A stretch of 61,793 nt of DNA, the filler included, from Chiloscyllium plagiosum (lineage: Eukaryota), in NCBI RefSeq assembly GCF_004010195.1. It is 3 parts of one record of this genome, joined end to end, with 100 filler letters (N's around TTAATTAATTAA, not from the genome) between each part and the next. Parts side by side here need not be neighbours in the genome. Positions count along the whole stretch, not along the records: positions 26,563 to 37,740 come from NC_057712.1; positions 37,841 to 61,793 come from NC_057712.1; 1 more part is not named here. One strand, written 5' to 3'. This document shows, piece by piece, positions 35,172 through 48,240 of the stretch. The notes under the pieces are model-generated. The model had not been told where the DNA came from and did not search any database. It saw nothing but the letters and a program-made list of their open reading frames with translations. Position 1 is the stretch's first letter. Each line of letters opens with the position of its first letter. The position numbers and the translations under genes were made by a program.

Positions 35172-35484
35172 TGGGTGGCACGGTGGCACAGTGGTTAGCA
35201 CTGCTGCCTCACAGCGCCATGAGACCCGGGTTCAATTCCCGACTCAGGCGACTGACTGTGTGGAGTTTGCACGTTCTCCCCGTGTCTGTGTGGGTTTCCT
35301 CCGGGTGCTCTGGTTTCCTCCCACAGTCCAAAGATGTGCAGGTCAGGTGAATTGGCCATGCTAAATTGTCTGTAGTGTTAGGTAAGGGGTAAATGTCGGG
35401 GTATGGGTGGGTTTCGCTTCGGCAGGTCAGTGTGGACTTGTTGGCCCGAAGGGCCTGTTTCCACACTGTAAGTAATCTAATCTA
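35172..35484 (+). mobile_element. tRNA-derived SINE
   Basis: A/B boxes, core, TAATC-repeat tail. Confidence 0.9.
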
Positions 35485-35559
35485 ACCTCTTAATTCTTCT
35501 CCTGAACTTCATCTTTCTGAAAGTCTAGGTAACCTATTGTCCTGGAACAGCTAATCTAT

Positions 35560-35718
35560 GATAAAAGCAAATTACTGCGGATGCTGGAATCTGAAACCTG
35601 AAGAGAAAATGCTGAAAAATCTCAGCAGGTCTGGCAGCATCTGTAAAGGAGAGAAAAGAGCTGGCGTTTCGAGTCAAAGCTTTGAGAAAGGATCAGTTAG
35701 ACTCGAAAAGTCAGCTCA
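35560..35718. mobile_element. PLE-derived mini-element with an inverted end
   Basis: GAGCTGGCGTTTCGAGTC (about 35658-35675) is mirrored by GACTCGAAAAGTCAGCTC (35700-35717); both are hammerhead GAAAC-side sequence. Confidence 0.6.
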
Positions 35719-35783
35719 TGTGTGATTTGGGTTAGGCCACTCATTGAAGTTGGCTAACCACGAAGTAATTATCGTTCTTCTGG

Positions 35784-36006
35784 AATGTTCCGTGTACTTT
35801 TCCACAGTCACACGACAATTTTATGATGGGTTGGCACAGGTAGGTTTAATTCGGGCACTCAAGAGGGTGTTCGTTTATTATTGAAATGGGAACAAATGTT
35901 CCGTGTACTTTTCCACAGTCACACGACAATTTTATGATGGGTTGGCACAGGTAGGTTTAATTCGGGCACTCAAGAGGGTGTTCGTTTATTATTGAAATGG
36001 GAACAA
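35784..36006. repeat. Perfect 111-bp tandem duplication
   Basis: AATGTTCCGTGTACTTTTCC...GAAATGGGAACA occurs at 35784 and at 35895. Confidence 0.92.
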
Positions 36007-36015
36007 CGTGTGGGC

Positions 36016-36304
36016 GAGGAGGAGGATGAGGAGGAGGATGAGGATGAGGATGAGGAGGAGGAGGAGGATGAGGATGAGGATGAGGAGGATGATGAGGAGG
36101 ATGATGAGGAGGAGGATGAGGATGAGGATGAGGAGGAGGATGAGGATGAGGATGAGGAGGAGGATGAGGATGAGGATGAGGAGGAGGATGAGGATGAGGA
36201 TGAGGAGGAGGATGAGGATGAGGATGAGGAGGAGGATGAGGATGAGGATGAGGAGGAGGATGAGGATGAGGATGAGGAGGAGGAGGAGGAGGAGGAAGAA
36301 GAGG
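36016..36304. repeat. (GAG/GAT)n compound trinucleotide microsatellite with about 24-bp higher-order period
   Basis: Directly visible GAGGAGGAGGATGAGGATGAGGAT units. Confidence 0.95.
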
Positions 36305-37474
36305 TTAACTATGGGATACCTTCAAGATAAATGGTTTCAGCTTCAGTCATGTCAACTTCAATGATATCAAGCACTGTCTTCTTCTTGGAGTCAGAATAAG
36401 CAGCTCTGACTCCCCCTGACTATGAATTGTTGCTTCTGGATGTGCACCACATTGTCCTACAAGACAGAAAGAAGAGTATCAACAAACATCTTAAGCCTTT
36501 GAAATTTTGGTAGAGGGATAAATCAAATTAAAATGAAGGAACAAATTCATGGCCTAAAATTATTGAATTCAATGTGGTGTTTTGAAGGCTGTAAAATACC
36601 TAAGCAAAAAACGAGGTGCTCATCCTTCAATTTATGTCGAGCTTTGTTGGAACACAGAGACAGAAATGTTAGCAAGTGATCAGAATGGTATAGTGAAATG
36701 TCTCATTTTCCAGCCTGACTAAACAGGGGTTCAACCCAAACTTCCCTGGTCAGACCATATCTTATTCCAAATGCTGTTTACCCATTATCTCTTTATGCTC
36801 ACTAACCTAAATTGCCTTCCTCATTTCTTCCTTTGTCCCAACTAGCGTTACAAACCTCTCCAAACTCTGAATTCCTCCAATTTTGAAGTCATGTCCATCC
36901 ACGATGTTAAATATTAAACAATTAGCAACAACAATTGTTGTAACACCGAGGCCTCAGAGTTCTGGATTTCTCAGCCTAAATCGCTCAACACCTCCAAATC
37001 TTTGCTGTCCATTGAGCACTCCTTAAAATCTATTCCAATCAATATTACTCTTAATTCTTGTGTGATTCAGAATCAAATTTTGTTTGAGAATGCTGTTGGA
37101 TTTGTGTATTGCATTAAGTGTGCTATTTTAGCACATTATTGTTTTTGTATTTGTAATAAATTGTGTGCCTTCAGTTTCCTTTCTGTACTGCAGACACACT
37201 CACTATTACAACAGAATTTATAGTTATAGGGAAAAGCAGAAAAGGAAGTCTCCATTTCCTGTGATTAGGTTAAGGCATGGAACTTACATCATCCATCCAT
37301 CATGTTTCAAGAAACATGTAGCCTCCAAATGTCCAAATTGCTGGGGAGGAAGAATGCTAGCACTTCCAAGTGTAAGTGTACCACCTTCCATTTTGGGGAG
37401 GACACATAAATAAGAGACGAGCTTACCAATCGCTGAAGCATTTGGGAATAAGAGACTTTACACCTGCTTCATAT

Positions 37475-37740
37475 AGGCAAAAGTGAGGACTGCCGATACT
37501 GGAAACCAGAGTTTAGATCAAAGTGGTGCTGGAAAAGCACAGCAGGTCAGGCAGCGACCGAGGAGTAGTAAAATCGAGTTTTCGGGCAAAAACCCTTCAT
37601 CAGGAATAGAAACAGGAAGCCTCCAGGATGGAGAGATAAATGGTGGAGGGAAGTGGGGTGGGGGGGGGGAGGTGAGGAGTGGGGGGGGAAGATAGCAAAA
37701 CGGCTACCTTCTCCCGGGCCTCACTCCCCACCCCCATTTA
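37475..37740 (-). mobile_element. PLE 3'-end fragment with hammerhead motif (37572-37607, minus)
   Basis: Minus strand reads ATTC-CTGATGA-AGGG-TTTTT-GCCC-GAAAA-CTC-GATT; same family as 26563-26825. Confidence 0.7.
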
Positions 37741-38951
37741 NNNNNNNNNNNNNNNNNNNNNNNNNNNNNNNNNNNNNNNNNNNNTTAATTAATTAANNNN
37801 NNNNNNNNNNNNNNNNNNNNNNNNNNNNNNNNNNNNNNNNGGGGTGGGTATTGGTTGTGAGGGGGGGAAGTGTGGGGAGGATTATTTGTGGGGTGCTGAT
37901 GGGAGAATTGGTTGTGGGAGTGTGCGGGATTGAGGGATTGTGGGGTTGCGGGGTGCGGATGGAGGGGTTCGGTTGTGGGGGCGTGGGAATAGTTTGGTGG
38001 TGGAGAGGTTTATAAATCTGGGGAGTTGAAGAATTATTGTGGGTCTTTCTTCATAACTGCTGGTTGGGATGTGGGAGTTTATTGCAATAGGTCTCCATGA
38101 GGATGATTGAGTTTATCTGAATTGTTTGATGTGATGAGCTATATCTCTGCTGGGTGACCAGGCTTTATTTTAGCAGTTGATTTGCCATTGAGGTGTTAAA
38201 TTAGATTGAAATCTGTGCTGAGGTGATTCAAATCGATTCTGATGACTAACAGGAATAAGTCCCACATTCCAATTTAACTGTCCCAGACCCACCTCTCCCC
38301 AAATCAGGTTTCTGTCACTGGGAGGAGTGCTTACAATCTTAACAAAAGCATTATTCACTGAAGTGAGCTACAAGCAAGAAGTGTTATTAAAGTAAAGGAA
38401 TTGGCTGTCAGTGAGGTGTCAGGACACCGTAGTGATCTTGTGTTGTGTCGATCATCTGCAATTGATGTTTTGTTGAGGGGTTGATGTTAGTTCCTTGTGT
38501 GATGATACCCTCTCTGCTGGGGATGTATAAATATTACCAGTCAGTGGTGGCTGTCTGCACTTGAGCATACTCTACAACAGAAAGATGACGACAAGAATGG
38601 GATGGGATTTTTTTCACTTGAGAGATTAAGGAGAAATTGATTTGAGGGAGCACAAGGAAGAACATTGTGTCATAGTTTTATAATTTAGGTTGATTGTGAG
38701 GAAACTGGAATGACTTGGGAAGACATTCCAGTTGCACACCGTATCAGGTGACCATAGTGAATCAGTGTGGTGCTTCAGTGAGAAATGGTATTGAAGGTAT
38801 CTTTGGAAAAATGAGGAGATTCAGCCCCAGACTGATGAAGATAAGGATACAGTCAGTGCTTTACTGAGTGTGAGAGCTGGTTACCCACAGGAACCTGGTA
38901 ATATGCTAAAATTGCTGAAGGTCTGGTCTCATATTGTGGCAGGCCTAGCAA

Positions 38952-41660
38952 TTTTTTTTAAATTTCAAAAATATAATTTATTCATAGAAAATGAATCTTT
39001 GGTACATGGACAGTTAATAAACCCACTCAGATCCATACTCTTTTTACTTACAGGCGATAAATTAAGTCTTTGATGTTCACCATTCTCTATATTTACAGAC
39101 GATCTCTTGGCCTATAGCTGAGGTGACAGTGGGGCCCAATTACTGAATGGACCCCCATTATTCTTCGGCAGAGGGACCTTAAATGGTGGTCTTTCCCCAC
39201 CATGTCTTGGCAGCAGCTGCCCTGTGTCCCTCAGCATGCAGTCCTGGACCTTGGAATGTGCCAGTCTGCAACATTCGGTCAGGGTCAACTCCTTCAACCG
39301 AAAGACCAGCAAAGTTCATCTTTCACCAGTTGATGATCCTCCAGGCACAGTTGCTGTTTGTCTCGGTGTGTGCCCCGGGGAACAGACCGTAGAGCACAGT
39401 ATCCCGTGTCACGGAGCTGCTTGGGATGAACCTTGATCTACACCACTGCATCCTCTCCAGACTTTTTTTGAGTAGGCACGTTCCAGAAGGAGGTATATGA
39501 TAGTCTCGTCCCCTCGGCAGCTGCTTTGAGGACAGCGTGCAGTGCCACACAGACTCCGGGTATACATAAAGGATCTCACAGGCAGAGCCCTTCTCACCAC
39601 CAGCCAAGCCATGTCTTGGTGCTTGTTGGAAAGTTCTGGTGATGAGGCATTCTGCCAAATGGCTTTGACAGGCTGCCCAGGGAACCGCTCAACAGGACCC
39701 ACCCTCTCCTTTTCCCAAAGGGTCTCAACGACACTACGTGCTGACCACTTCCTGATGGACTTGTGGTCAAAGGTGTTTTTCTTCGTAACCTTCTCCACGA
39801 AGGACAGGTGATACGGAACGGTCCAACTACTCGGAGCGTTCTGCTGCAGCGAGGCCAGGCCCATCTTTCGCAACACCGGGGACAGGTAGAACCTCAGTAC
39901 GCAGTGACACGTGGTGTTTGCGTACCGGGGATCCACGCACAGCTTGATGCAGCCACACACAAAGATGACCATCGGGGTGAGGGTGGCATTGGGTATGTTT
40001 TCTCCCCCTTTCTCCAGATCTTTATACATTGTGTCTCTTCGGACCCGGTCCATTTTTGATCTCCACATGAAGTGGAAGATGGCCTGGGTGACTGCAGCAG
40101 CACAGGTTTGGGGAATAGACCAGACCTGTGCCATGATCAACAACACTGAGAGTACCTCACACCTGATGACCAGGTTTTTACCCATGATGGGGAGCGACCA
40201 TTGCTCCCATCTGCCCAGTTTCTGCTTTTTTTAGTGGCACGCACCTCCCAAGACTTGACACATGCTCCAGCCCCTGCAAGCCAAATACCCAGCACCTTCA
40301 GGTGGTTCATCCTGATGGTGAAGGGGATGAAGGATTATTGGCCCAGTTTCTAAAGAGCATGGCTTCGCTCTTGTCTCGGTTTATCTGTGCTCCCGAGGCC
40401 TGTTCGTATTGGTCGCAGGTGCACATGAGTCTGTGCACTGACAGCGGATCCAACCAGAAAATGGCAACATCATCCATGTACAGGGAGGCCTTAACCTGTA
40501 GGCCCCCGCTGCCAGGAATAGTCAGCCCCCTCTGGCTCACATCCTTCCTGATGGACTTGGTAAATTTTTTTTTATATTTCAAAAATATACTTTATTCATA
40601 AAATAATTTGATGGTCTGTACAGTTGGTCATGCCATACATATGTAAACATGTACATACAGAGATCAGAATTTATCATTTTTATACAGGTCTGTACATTTT
40701 TCAATCATATGCCCATACAAATAGCTGAGGCGTCAGCAGAGCCCAAATGACTGCATGGGCCCCCTGTTCTTCGTTAGGCAGGCAGACTTTACACAGTGGT
40801 CTTTCCCCACCGCGCCTTGGCGACAGCTGCCCCAAGCTTCAGCGCATCCCTCAACACGTAGTCCTGGACCTTGGAATGTGCCAGTCTGCAGCACTCAGTC
40901 GAGGTCAACTCCTTCAGGTGGAAGATCAACAGGTTTCGAACCGCCCAGAGAGCATCCTTCACCGAGTTGTTGATCATCCACGTACAGTTGATGTCGAGGG
41001 ACGNNNNNNNNNNNNNNNNNNNNNNNNNNNNNNNNNNNNNNNNNNNNNNNNNNNNNNNNNNNNNNNNNNNNNNNNNNNNNNNNNNNNNNNNNNNNNNNNN
41101 NNNNNNNNNNNNNNNNNNNNNNNNNNNNNNNNNNNNNNNNNNNNNNNNNNNNNNNNNNNNNNNNNNNNNNNNNNNNNNNNNNNNNNNNNNNNNNNNNNNN
41201 NNNNNNNNNNNNNNNNNNNNNNNNNNNNNNNNNNNNNNNNNNNNNNNNNNNNNNNNNNNNNNNNNNNNNNNNNNNNNNNNNNNNNNNNNNNNNNNNNNNN
41301 NNNNNNNNNNNNNNCGGGAAAAAACCTGGTCATCAGGTGTGAGGCACTGTCATTGCTATTATACGTGGCACAGGTCTGGCCTATTCCCAGAACCTGTGCT
41401 GCTGCAGTCACCCGGGCCATCTTCCAGTTCATATGGAGGTCAATGATGGACCGGGTCCGAAGGGACTCGCTGTACAAAGATCTGGGCAAGGGGGGAAAAA
41501 TACACCCAATGCCACCCTCACCCTGATGGCCACCTTTGTGTGTGGCTGCATCAAACTGTGTGTGGATCCCCGGTACGCAAACACCAAGTGTCACTACGTA
41601 CTGAGGTTCTACCTGTACCCTGATGGACTTGGTAAATGGCTCTCTACAACATACAAACCA
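38952..41660 (-). mobile_element. Second Tx1-like LINE family, 5'-truncated (RT C-terminal half plus zinc finger plus 3' UTR)
   Basis: 'KASLYMDDV' (40307-40582), 'GKNLVIRCEVL', 'CPQSSCRGDETI', 'RLAHSKVQD'; poly-T tail at 38952. Confidence 0.85.
40566..41618 (-). mobile_element. Younger copy of the same Tx1-like family inserted in the first, with an inverted 5' part (41315-41618 on +)
   Basis: C-terminus 'LKLGAAVAKARWGKTTV*' on minus; 'GKNLVIRCEAL...HYVLRFYL' on plus; 19-bp TSD CCTGATGGACTTGGTAAAT at 40547-40565 and 41619-41637. Confidence 0.85.
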
Positions 41661-42103
41661 AGTAGCAGAAAGTTGAGACTTCAGCCAATTACATTCATAA
41701 ACAAAATAAATTTCCTTGTCATTATGGTTACAGCATTACCCTAATAAATCAGCCTCAAATACAGATTTCTAATTGTAAAATACAATTAAATCCAGGCCAA
41801 GTTTTTGAGGAAAGACGGTGAGTCTGTGATGGGGTCTACAGGACAGAAGGGATGGAAAGAAGTAGTTGCAAATTGTAAGGGAATTATTTCCCTCAGCCAA
41901 TAGGGGGAAGTCAACTGGACATTGGCAGGATCCAGGCCACAGCAGCCAAGCTCGCAGTCTCAGTCAAGAATTTAGACCCTCCTGTTGGCATGGGGGCCAC
42001 CGACCCAGTTAAATGACCCTAGTTCCAGTCAGAGTTGGCCATATCCAGAAGACACTCAGGACTAGAGAAGGTCCTGGTAAAACGGTACACCAGGTTGTGG
42101 TAA

Positions 42104-42211
42104 GGTTAAAGTCAACTAGGCGAAAGTGAGGACTGCAGATGCTAGGGATCAGAGTCAAGATTAGAGTGGTGCTGGAAAAGCACAGCAGATCAGGCAGCTA
42201 ATCTAATCTTG
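42104..42211. mobile_element. About 108-bp PLE terminal fragment with a short inverted end and 15-bp TSD
   Basis: ACCAGGTTGTGGTAA at 42089-42103 and 42212-42226; GTCAAGATTAG/CTAATCTTGAC inversion; same terminus as at 37480. Confidence 0.7.
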
Positions 42212-42801
42212 ACCAGGTTGTGGTAAACCTAACGCTAGTTCAGGGTCTGAAAATCCTTCAATACACACATGACAGAGCTGGGACAGAAGGTAGTATTATT
42301 AAGTGGGAGGATCAAGGACAGACAGCACATGGATTATGGAATTACTAGGGCAGGAGAGAGAATTCAAATGCCCACAGCATCAATGACAGTTAGCAGTGAT
42401 TCACAACGAAGGGTTCATCGTCAGTTACCTTGGAGGGAGAGGTCAAGAAATCCCTCAGTCCCACCTCCAAAACTGGGATGAAACAAAGTCCTTTTCAGAA
42501 ACAGCAACATAGCAGTGGAAGGTGAGGTTCATGTTCATTGGCTGTAGGAGGAGGGAAGGAATTGGGAGGTGCTTTGTTAAGCTGTGCTCGGCTATGTCGG
42601 GTCAGGATCAGTAAACGTTGATGACCTTTCAGCAGAGCTGACTGACCTACTGAATATTTCCAACAAGATTTATTTTCATTGCCAGTATCTGTAGTATTTT
42701 GCTTTATCTCAGTGAGTGTACATCCGGCATTGAGGGAGATGTGAGAGGGCACAAGGAAGATCCAATTATGGAATTGGGTATCACAAGGCAGAGGTCAAGA
42801 A

Positions 42802-43112
42802 ACGGGTGGCACGGTGGTGCAGTGGTTAGCACTGCTGCCTCACAGCGCCAGAGACCTGGGTTCAGTTCCCACCTCGGGCAACTGTCTGTGTGGAGTTTGC
42901 ACATTCTCCCCGTGTCTGTGTGGGTTTCCTCCGGGTGCTCCGGTTTCCTCCCACAGTCCAAAGATGTGCAGGTCAGGTGAATTGTCCATGCTAAATTGCC
43001 CGTAGTGTTAGGTGAAGGGGTAAATGTAGGGGAATGGATCTGGGTGGGATGCTCTTCGGCGGGTCGGTGTGGACTTGTTGGGCCGAAGGGCCTGTTTCCA
43101 CACTGTAATCTT
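42802..43112 (+). mobile_element. tRNA-derived SINE
   Basis: A/B boxes, core, tail. Confidence 0.9.
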
Positions 43113-43202
43113 AAAAAAAAGCATTTTGCAAGTCTAGGTCTGTGCCTAATGCATATATGAAGCAGTAAGTATAGAGCTCAACAAACCAGAAACAAAAACA
43201 GA

Positions 43203-43240
43203 TGTTCTGAAGAAGGGTCACCGGACTCGAAACATTAACA
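43203..43240 (+). ncRNA. Minimal hammerhead ribozyme motif inside a ~125-bp PLE-derived mini-element (43184-43306)
   Basis: TGTT-CTGAAGA-AGGGTC-ACCG-GACTC-GAAAC-ATT-AACA: helix I TGTT/AACA, helix II and the core are intact. Confidence 0.7.
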
Positions 43241-43426
43241 CTGCTTTCTCTCCACGGATACTGCCAGACATGCTGAGTGTCTCCAGCAATTTCTGTTCTT
43301 GTTTGGAAAAAGCACCATCTTGTGATCAGTAGCTAATGCAAGTAGGGAAATGAATCTATGCCCAATACCACAATGGCAGGACTGAGTCTGTGAGAAGTTG
43401 GTTTGCAGGTTGTGATTTACTGGAGG

Positions 43427-43743
43427 ATTAGATTAGATTCCCTACAGTGTGAAAACAGGCCCTTCAGCCCAATCAGTCCACACCAACCCTCTGAAGAGTA
43501 ACCCACCCAGACCCATTTCCCTCTGACTAATTGACCTAACACTTATGGGGCAATTTAGCATGACCAGTTCACCTAACCTGCACATGTTTGGACTGTGGGA
43601 GGAAACCAGGGCACCCGAAGGAAACCCATGCAGACACGGGGAGAATGTACAAACTCCACACAGTCAGTCGTCTGAGGCTGGAATCGAACCTGGGACCCTG
43701 GTGCTGTGAGGCAGCAGTGCTAACCACTGAGCCACCGTGCCAC
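43427..43743 (-). mobile_element. tRNA-derived SINE
   Basis: Reverse-complement A/B boxes and core. Confidence 0.9.
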
Positions 43744-46479
43744 TTACAGAAACAGAAATTGCTGGAGAAACTCAGCAGGTCTGGCAGCATCTGTAGAGAG
43801 AAAGTGGAGGTGTTGGTGTCCACTGTAAATATAAAAGGAGTTTGAAATATTTCTTAAGAATAGAGTCAAACACACTAAAAATCACCAAATCCCTCAACAT
43901 GGAATGGTGTTACAGGAAGAATTGCTGTGCTCTGTGTAGACAGATTTACTCAGGGAGAAGCTGCACAGTTATTTTCATGTTTCTCTTTGATGTAGGCCTC
44001 ACCATTTTCTGTTCTCATACAGAATAAACTGTACAGACCTAATCACGTTGCTAAGCTTACATGTCAGTATTTCAACATGATTCTAGGACAAGATTTAGTT
44101 TACTCAACATTGTCAATAGTAAAAGAAGAGGAAATGAAATGAGATAAAATACAGCTGAGTCATGATGTACAATGCACGAAGCTTAGAGAGAGGTCAGCGT
44201 TGGTCAGGTGGGACGTGCTGAACACCTTGATGTGATGAGGAAAGTCTGAGGTTGGGCTAATGGCTGATTTTGGACTATCAGAGATTTAAACAGAGCAGGC
44301 CTATTCACAAATCTAGCAGGCAATTCACCTGTAATTTAGCTCTCCTGCTTGAGAGAAGAAATCTGGTAAAGAGGGGGCATGGTAAATCTCTGATAGTCCA
44401 AATTCAGCCATCAGTCCAACGTTTTCAAGGAACTAAAATGCTTGCTGGCATCACAGAGTTCACGTGAGTCAGGGTCTTTGATGAAGATACATCAATCGAT
44501 GCTGCAGACCCAAACATGAAATGGAGATGGTCATCAAAGTGCAAGGTCAGGGTTGGTAGGGTCAGAGATGTGAAGGAGCAGAGATCAGCTGATGGAAATG
44601 GAAAAAGACAGTCAGAGAAATAAAATCAACAAGGTTACTTGGAAGGATGTAGGAAGGAAGAAGAAATAAGATGTTCTTTTCATTATTTCTTATTGAAATT
44701 TGATATTTTTGTGAAAACACGTTGGTGTTAAGGAGAAACAAGATTATTTATGTATTTTGTACCTATGAAGTATAGTGTTCAAGTCAGAAAGCATTGTTCC
44801 GTATACTAAAAGTCCTGGGTTAGTTTCCCATCCATGCCCAGGGCTATCTGTTTAGTTCCTGCAATACATCAGCCAAGGTTCACTGGGTCACATTCTTGTC
44901 TTTGAGCCATAACATTCTTAACGTAATCCCCACTGCAGGCCTCGAAAAGCAGCAAGTCTGATACTAAAGTCCAGTAACAGGGCACTGCTGCACTGTTAGT
45001 TTGTGGGGATTGGTTTGCTCAGTTGGTTGAATTACTGGAAGTTGAGGTAGAAAGATGTCAGTGTCAAAGGATTAATCCCCAAATGATGGGGAGCAGCTCA
45101 CAAAGACCCCCCTAATTGCCAATTGCCTCTCTAATGAAGGGAGATGCCTCTGGTGCTTATTAGATCATGGTTAATTATAACACAATTGCATAATGTATGT
45201 GTAAACTATTCTGATCAAATCAGTCAACTATGTGTCGGTTGAAATAGCAGGACAGCCAAGATATAACCTACAATTGCAACCTGCATTTTTAAATATTGTT
45301 GATATTACTTTATTCATATTGTATTCCAGAAAGTTATGTATATGTACCATTTTGCATTTGATGAAGAGTTTGTTTTTTTTAATTGTGGAGAGTGTGTAGT
45401 GTAGAACCTTCTCTATTGCCCCCTCTGTTGGGGAGGTGGTAATCAAGCTAGTTTAATAATGGCTGCCTGTTTTATTCAGTGAAATAAATAACAATGACAA
45501 TCTATTTCTCTTCTTAATCATTGCTCCTTTTCCCCAATCCAAGCTTCCCCATGACTGGGAGGGATAACTGCCCTCTGGATACAGGCAGAAGCACCAATGG
45601 TCCTTCCCACTGGAACCTAATGAATCACATCTCGTGACACAGAGTTGTATCCTCTTCCACGATTTGATCTTTGCCTTCACCAGCTCCCCCCACCATCAGT
45701 CACTCTCCATCTCTGCTGCTTCAACACCAGTGAACAGGAAGTTGGATCTGAGAGATCTTGGTTTGATGTGAATGTACATTGGTCCCTCGTCCCTGTCCCA
45801 TCACCAACATCACGGTGGAATGTTCCAGCACATAGTTATGGCTCGGAGCTTGTTTCTCCAACCTTGCTGCAGTAGATGTTTGCTCTTTCTATTCTTTCCA
45901 TGGTTAAAGACCGTCTGGATAAACATTCAATTTTATGATTGTGCACAAGTGAGTTTAGGAGCAGTTATCCTGGACATTGAACATGTTAAGCTGACTTGCC
46001 AAAGGGACTTGGCAGATATAATACTCAAATATGGCAGCTTTAGGTAGTCAATTCAGTGAAGCCTTTTATACATCTGTCCATAGAGTCACCTAGCACAGGA
46101 GGGAGGCCATTCTCCCCATCATCCCTATGTTAAATGTTTGTAAACACCTTGCAGACTAGTTGCACTTCCTCTGCTCTTTCTGTGCACCTTGGCATTTTTT
46201 TCAATTCCATTTTTCCAGCCATTACTGAATTTACTCCGATCGCCCTCTCAGTGTTTTCAAGATCATCATAACTCACCGTGTTAAATAATTTCTCCTTATT
46301 GCCGCCCCCTCCAACCCTGAATTGGTTTTGGCAATTACCTTAAATCTACATCCATTCTGCAACTCTACTCTACATCTACAGTCCTCTGCAATTTCCAGAG
46401 CTCAGCCCCTGAATTTATCACCTCCTTCCGTTATTCCCTACAACTGTTGTACATTCCTCATTTTTCTCTTTCTCTCTTT

Positions 46480-48240
46480 GTGCCTGGTAGATGATGGACA
46501 GGCTTTGGGGAGTCATGAGGTGAGTTACTCGCTGTAGAATACCTGGCCTCTGACCTGCTCTTGTAACCATTGTGTTTATATGACAAGCCCAGTTGAATTT
46601 CTGGTCAATGGTAAACTCCCGGGATGTTGATAGCATGGGACTTAGTGATGGTGATACCACTCTGTTGGAGATGGTCATTTGTGTGAATGTGACTTGCCAT
46701 TTATCAGCCCAAACCTGGATATTGAGAAATCCTTGGATAGACCAAAGAGCATCTTTGACCAGGTTAATGGTCCTGATCTGCACTGTTGTTACCCGCCCCC
46801 CCCCCCCCCCCCCCCCCCCCCGCCGTTCTCTCAGTGTTAATGCTAACATTGATATTGAGTTTAAACCTGCCCAACTTGCCCCCTTTCCCAATGCCTGGAT
46901 TCCAGGTGAGGGCATTGCCAATGGGGCAGGTGAGTGATCCTCTGATTTCAGGTCTGTGTTCACCATTCCCTGTGCAGTCAGGGGAAGGGTGACTTTCTCA
47001 GCATTAACTCTGTCAAACCCCTTTTGGGAATTGGAAACGTTTCAATGAAGCAGCCTCTCAAACTTCAAAACTCCAGCTCTAATATCAGCCTCGTCTACTC
47101 AATCACTCCAAGGACAGCCCCTCATCCCAGGAAGCTGTCACGGAGTTTATATTGTACTCCCTCTGCAGTGAGAATGTCCTTCCTTAGGTAAGGAGACCAA
47201 ATCGGTACAAAATACTCCCAATCTAACCTCACCAATGCTCTGAGTAATTGTCATAAACTCACTTCACTCCAATTCGTTTGTAACAAAATCTAACGTTTTG
47301 TCTTCACCTTCCTAATTGCTTGCTGTAAATATATGTTAACTTTCAATGCTTCATGTACAAGGACATTCAAACCCCTCCACACACTAACACGTCTCAGTCT
47401 CTCACCATTCAGAAGATATTCTGCTCTTTATTTCCTGACTGAAGTGGATGACGTCACACTCTGTCCTTCATTTACCTCCTCCTTGCACCATACACTGATC
47501 TTCCCTATATCCCTCTGCAGCCTCTTGTGTCCTCCTCACCACTCACACTCCTGTTCAGAAGCGTCAAATGTTTATATGGCTGAAGACCAGTCAGCCCATC
47601 TTGTCTGCACTTTCTCTCTAATTGAGCTTCATGAGTTAGTGCTATAGTCTGATCCTTTCCCCTGTAATTCTGCACAGTATTCCTGTTTACATAACTATCC
47701 AATTGTTTCTTGAATGCCTTGACTAAACTGATCCCCATAGTTCCAGGTACTGAGGCCCAGGCCCCAACCCAAACCACCCACTGTCTGCAAACATTTTCTT
47801 CCACGTCACATTTTCTTCCTTTGTAAACCACTTTAAATCTTTGCCCTCTCATTCTTGGACCCGTTAGGAGCAGGAACAGTTTCTCTCTATCTATTCTGTC
47901 CAAACATCTCATGATTTTGAAACTTCAATCAAATCTCCTGTAAGCCTTCTCCATTCCAAAGCAAAAGGTGCCAACGTCTTCAATTTATCTTCGTTGCTGG
48001 CATTTCTGATCCCTGGACCTCTTCCGTACTCTCTCCAATGGGTTAACATCCTTCCTGAAGGGGAATGTGCAGGATCGTTCACAAATCTGCAGCCTTTCAT
48101 GTTTGATATAACTCAGTATAAACTAACTTTTTTTGGAAATACCAGAACAACCTTGTCATCCTCTCTGTTCCCTCTTCAAAGACGTCCAGGAAGCTCACTA
48201 AACATGATTTTCCCTCAGGAAATCCAAGCTGTCCGTGCGA
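46480..48240 (-). mobile_element. Old CR1 fragments (several)
   Basis: 'NIQVWADKWQVTF', 'AGQRPGILQRVTHL', 'LEWRRLTGDLIEV', 'LDRIDREKLF'. Confidence 0.7.

Noticed and set aside
35784..36006. 111-bp perfect duplication as a functional element
   Set aside because: It is 100% identical and adjacent to a long microsatellite, so it is likely a recent slippage event or an assembly overlap. No internal structure was seen.
35992..36364. Poly-Asp/Glu and poly-Arg/Met ORFs
   Set aside because: They are translations of a GAG/GAT microsatellite with no flanking protein-like sequence or splice context.
45450..46050. Unique-looking sequence as a possible coding exon
   Set aside because: The frames I read contain stops and I recognised no protein motif.
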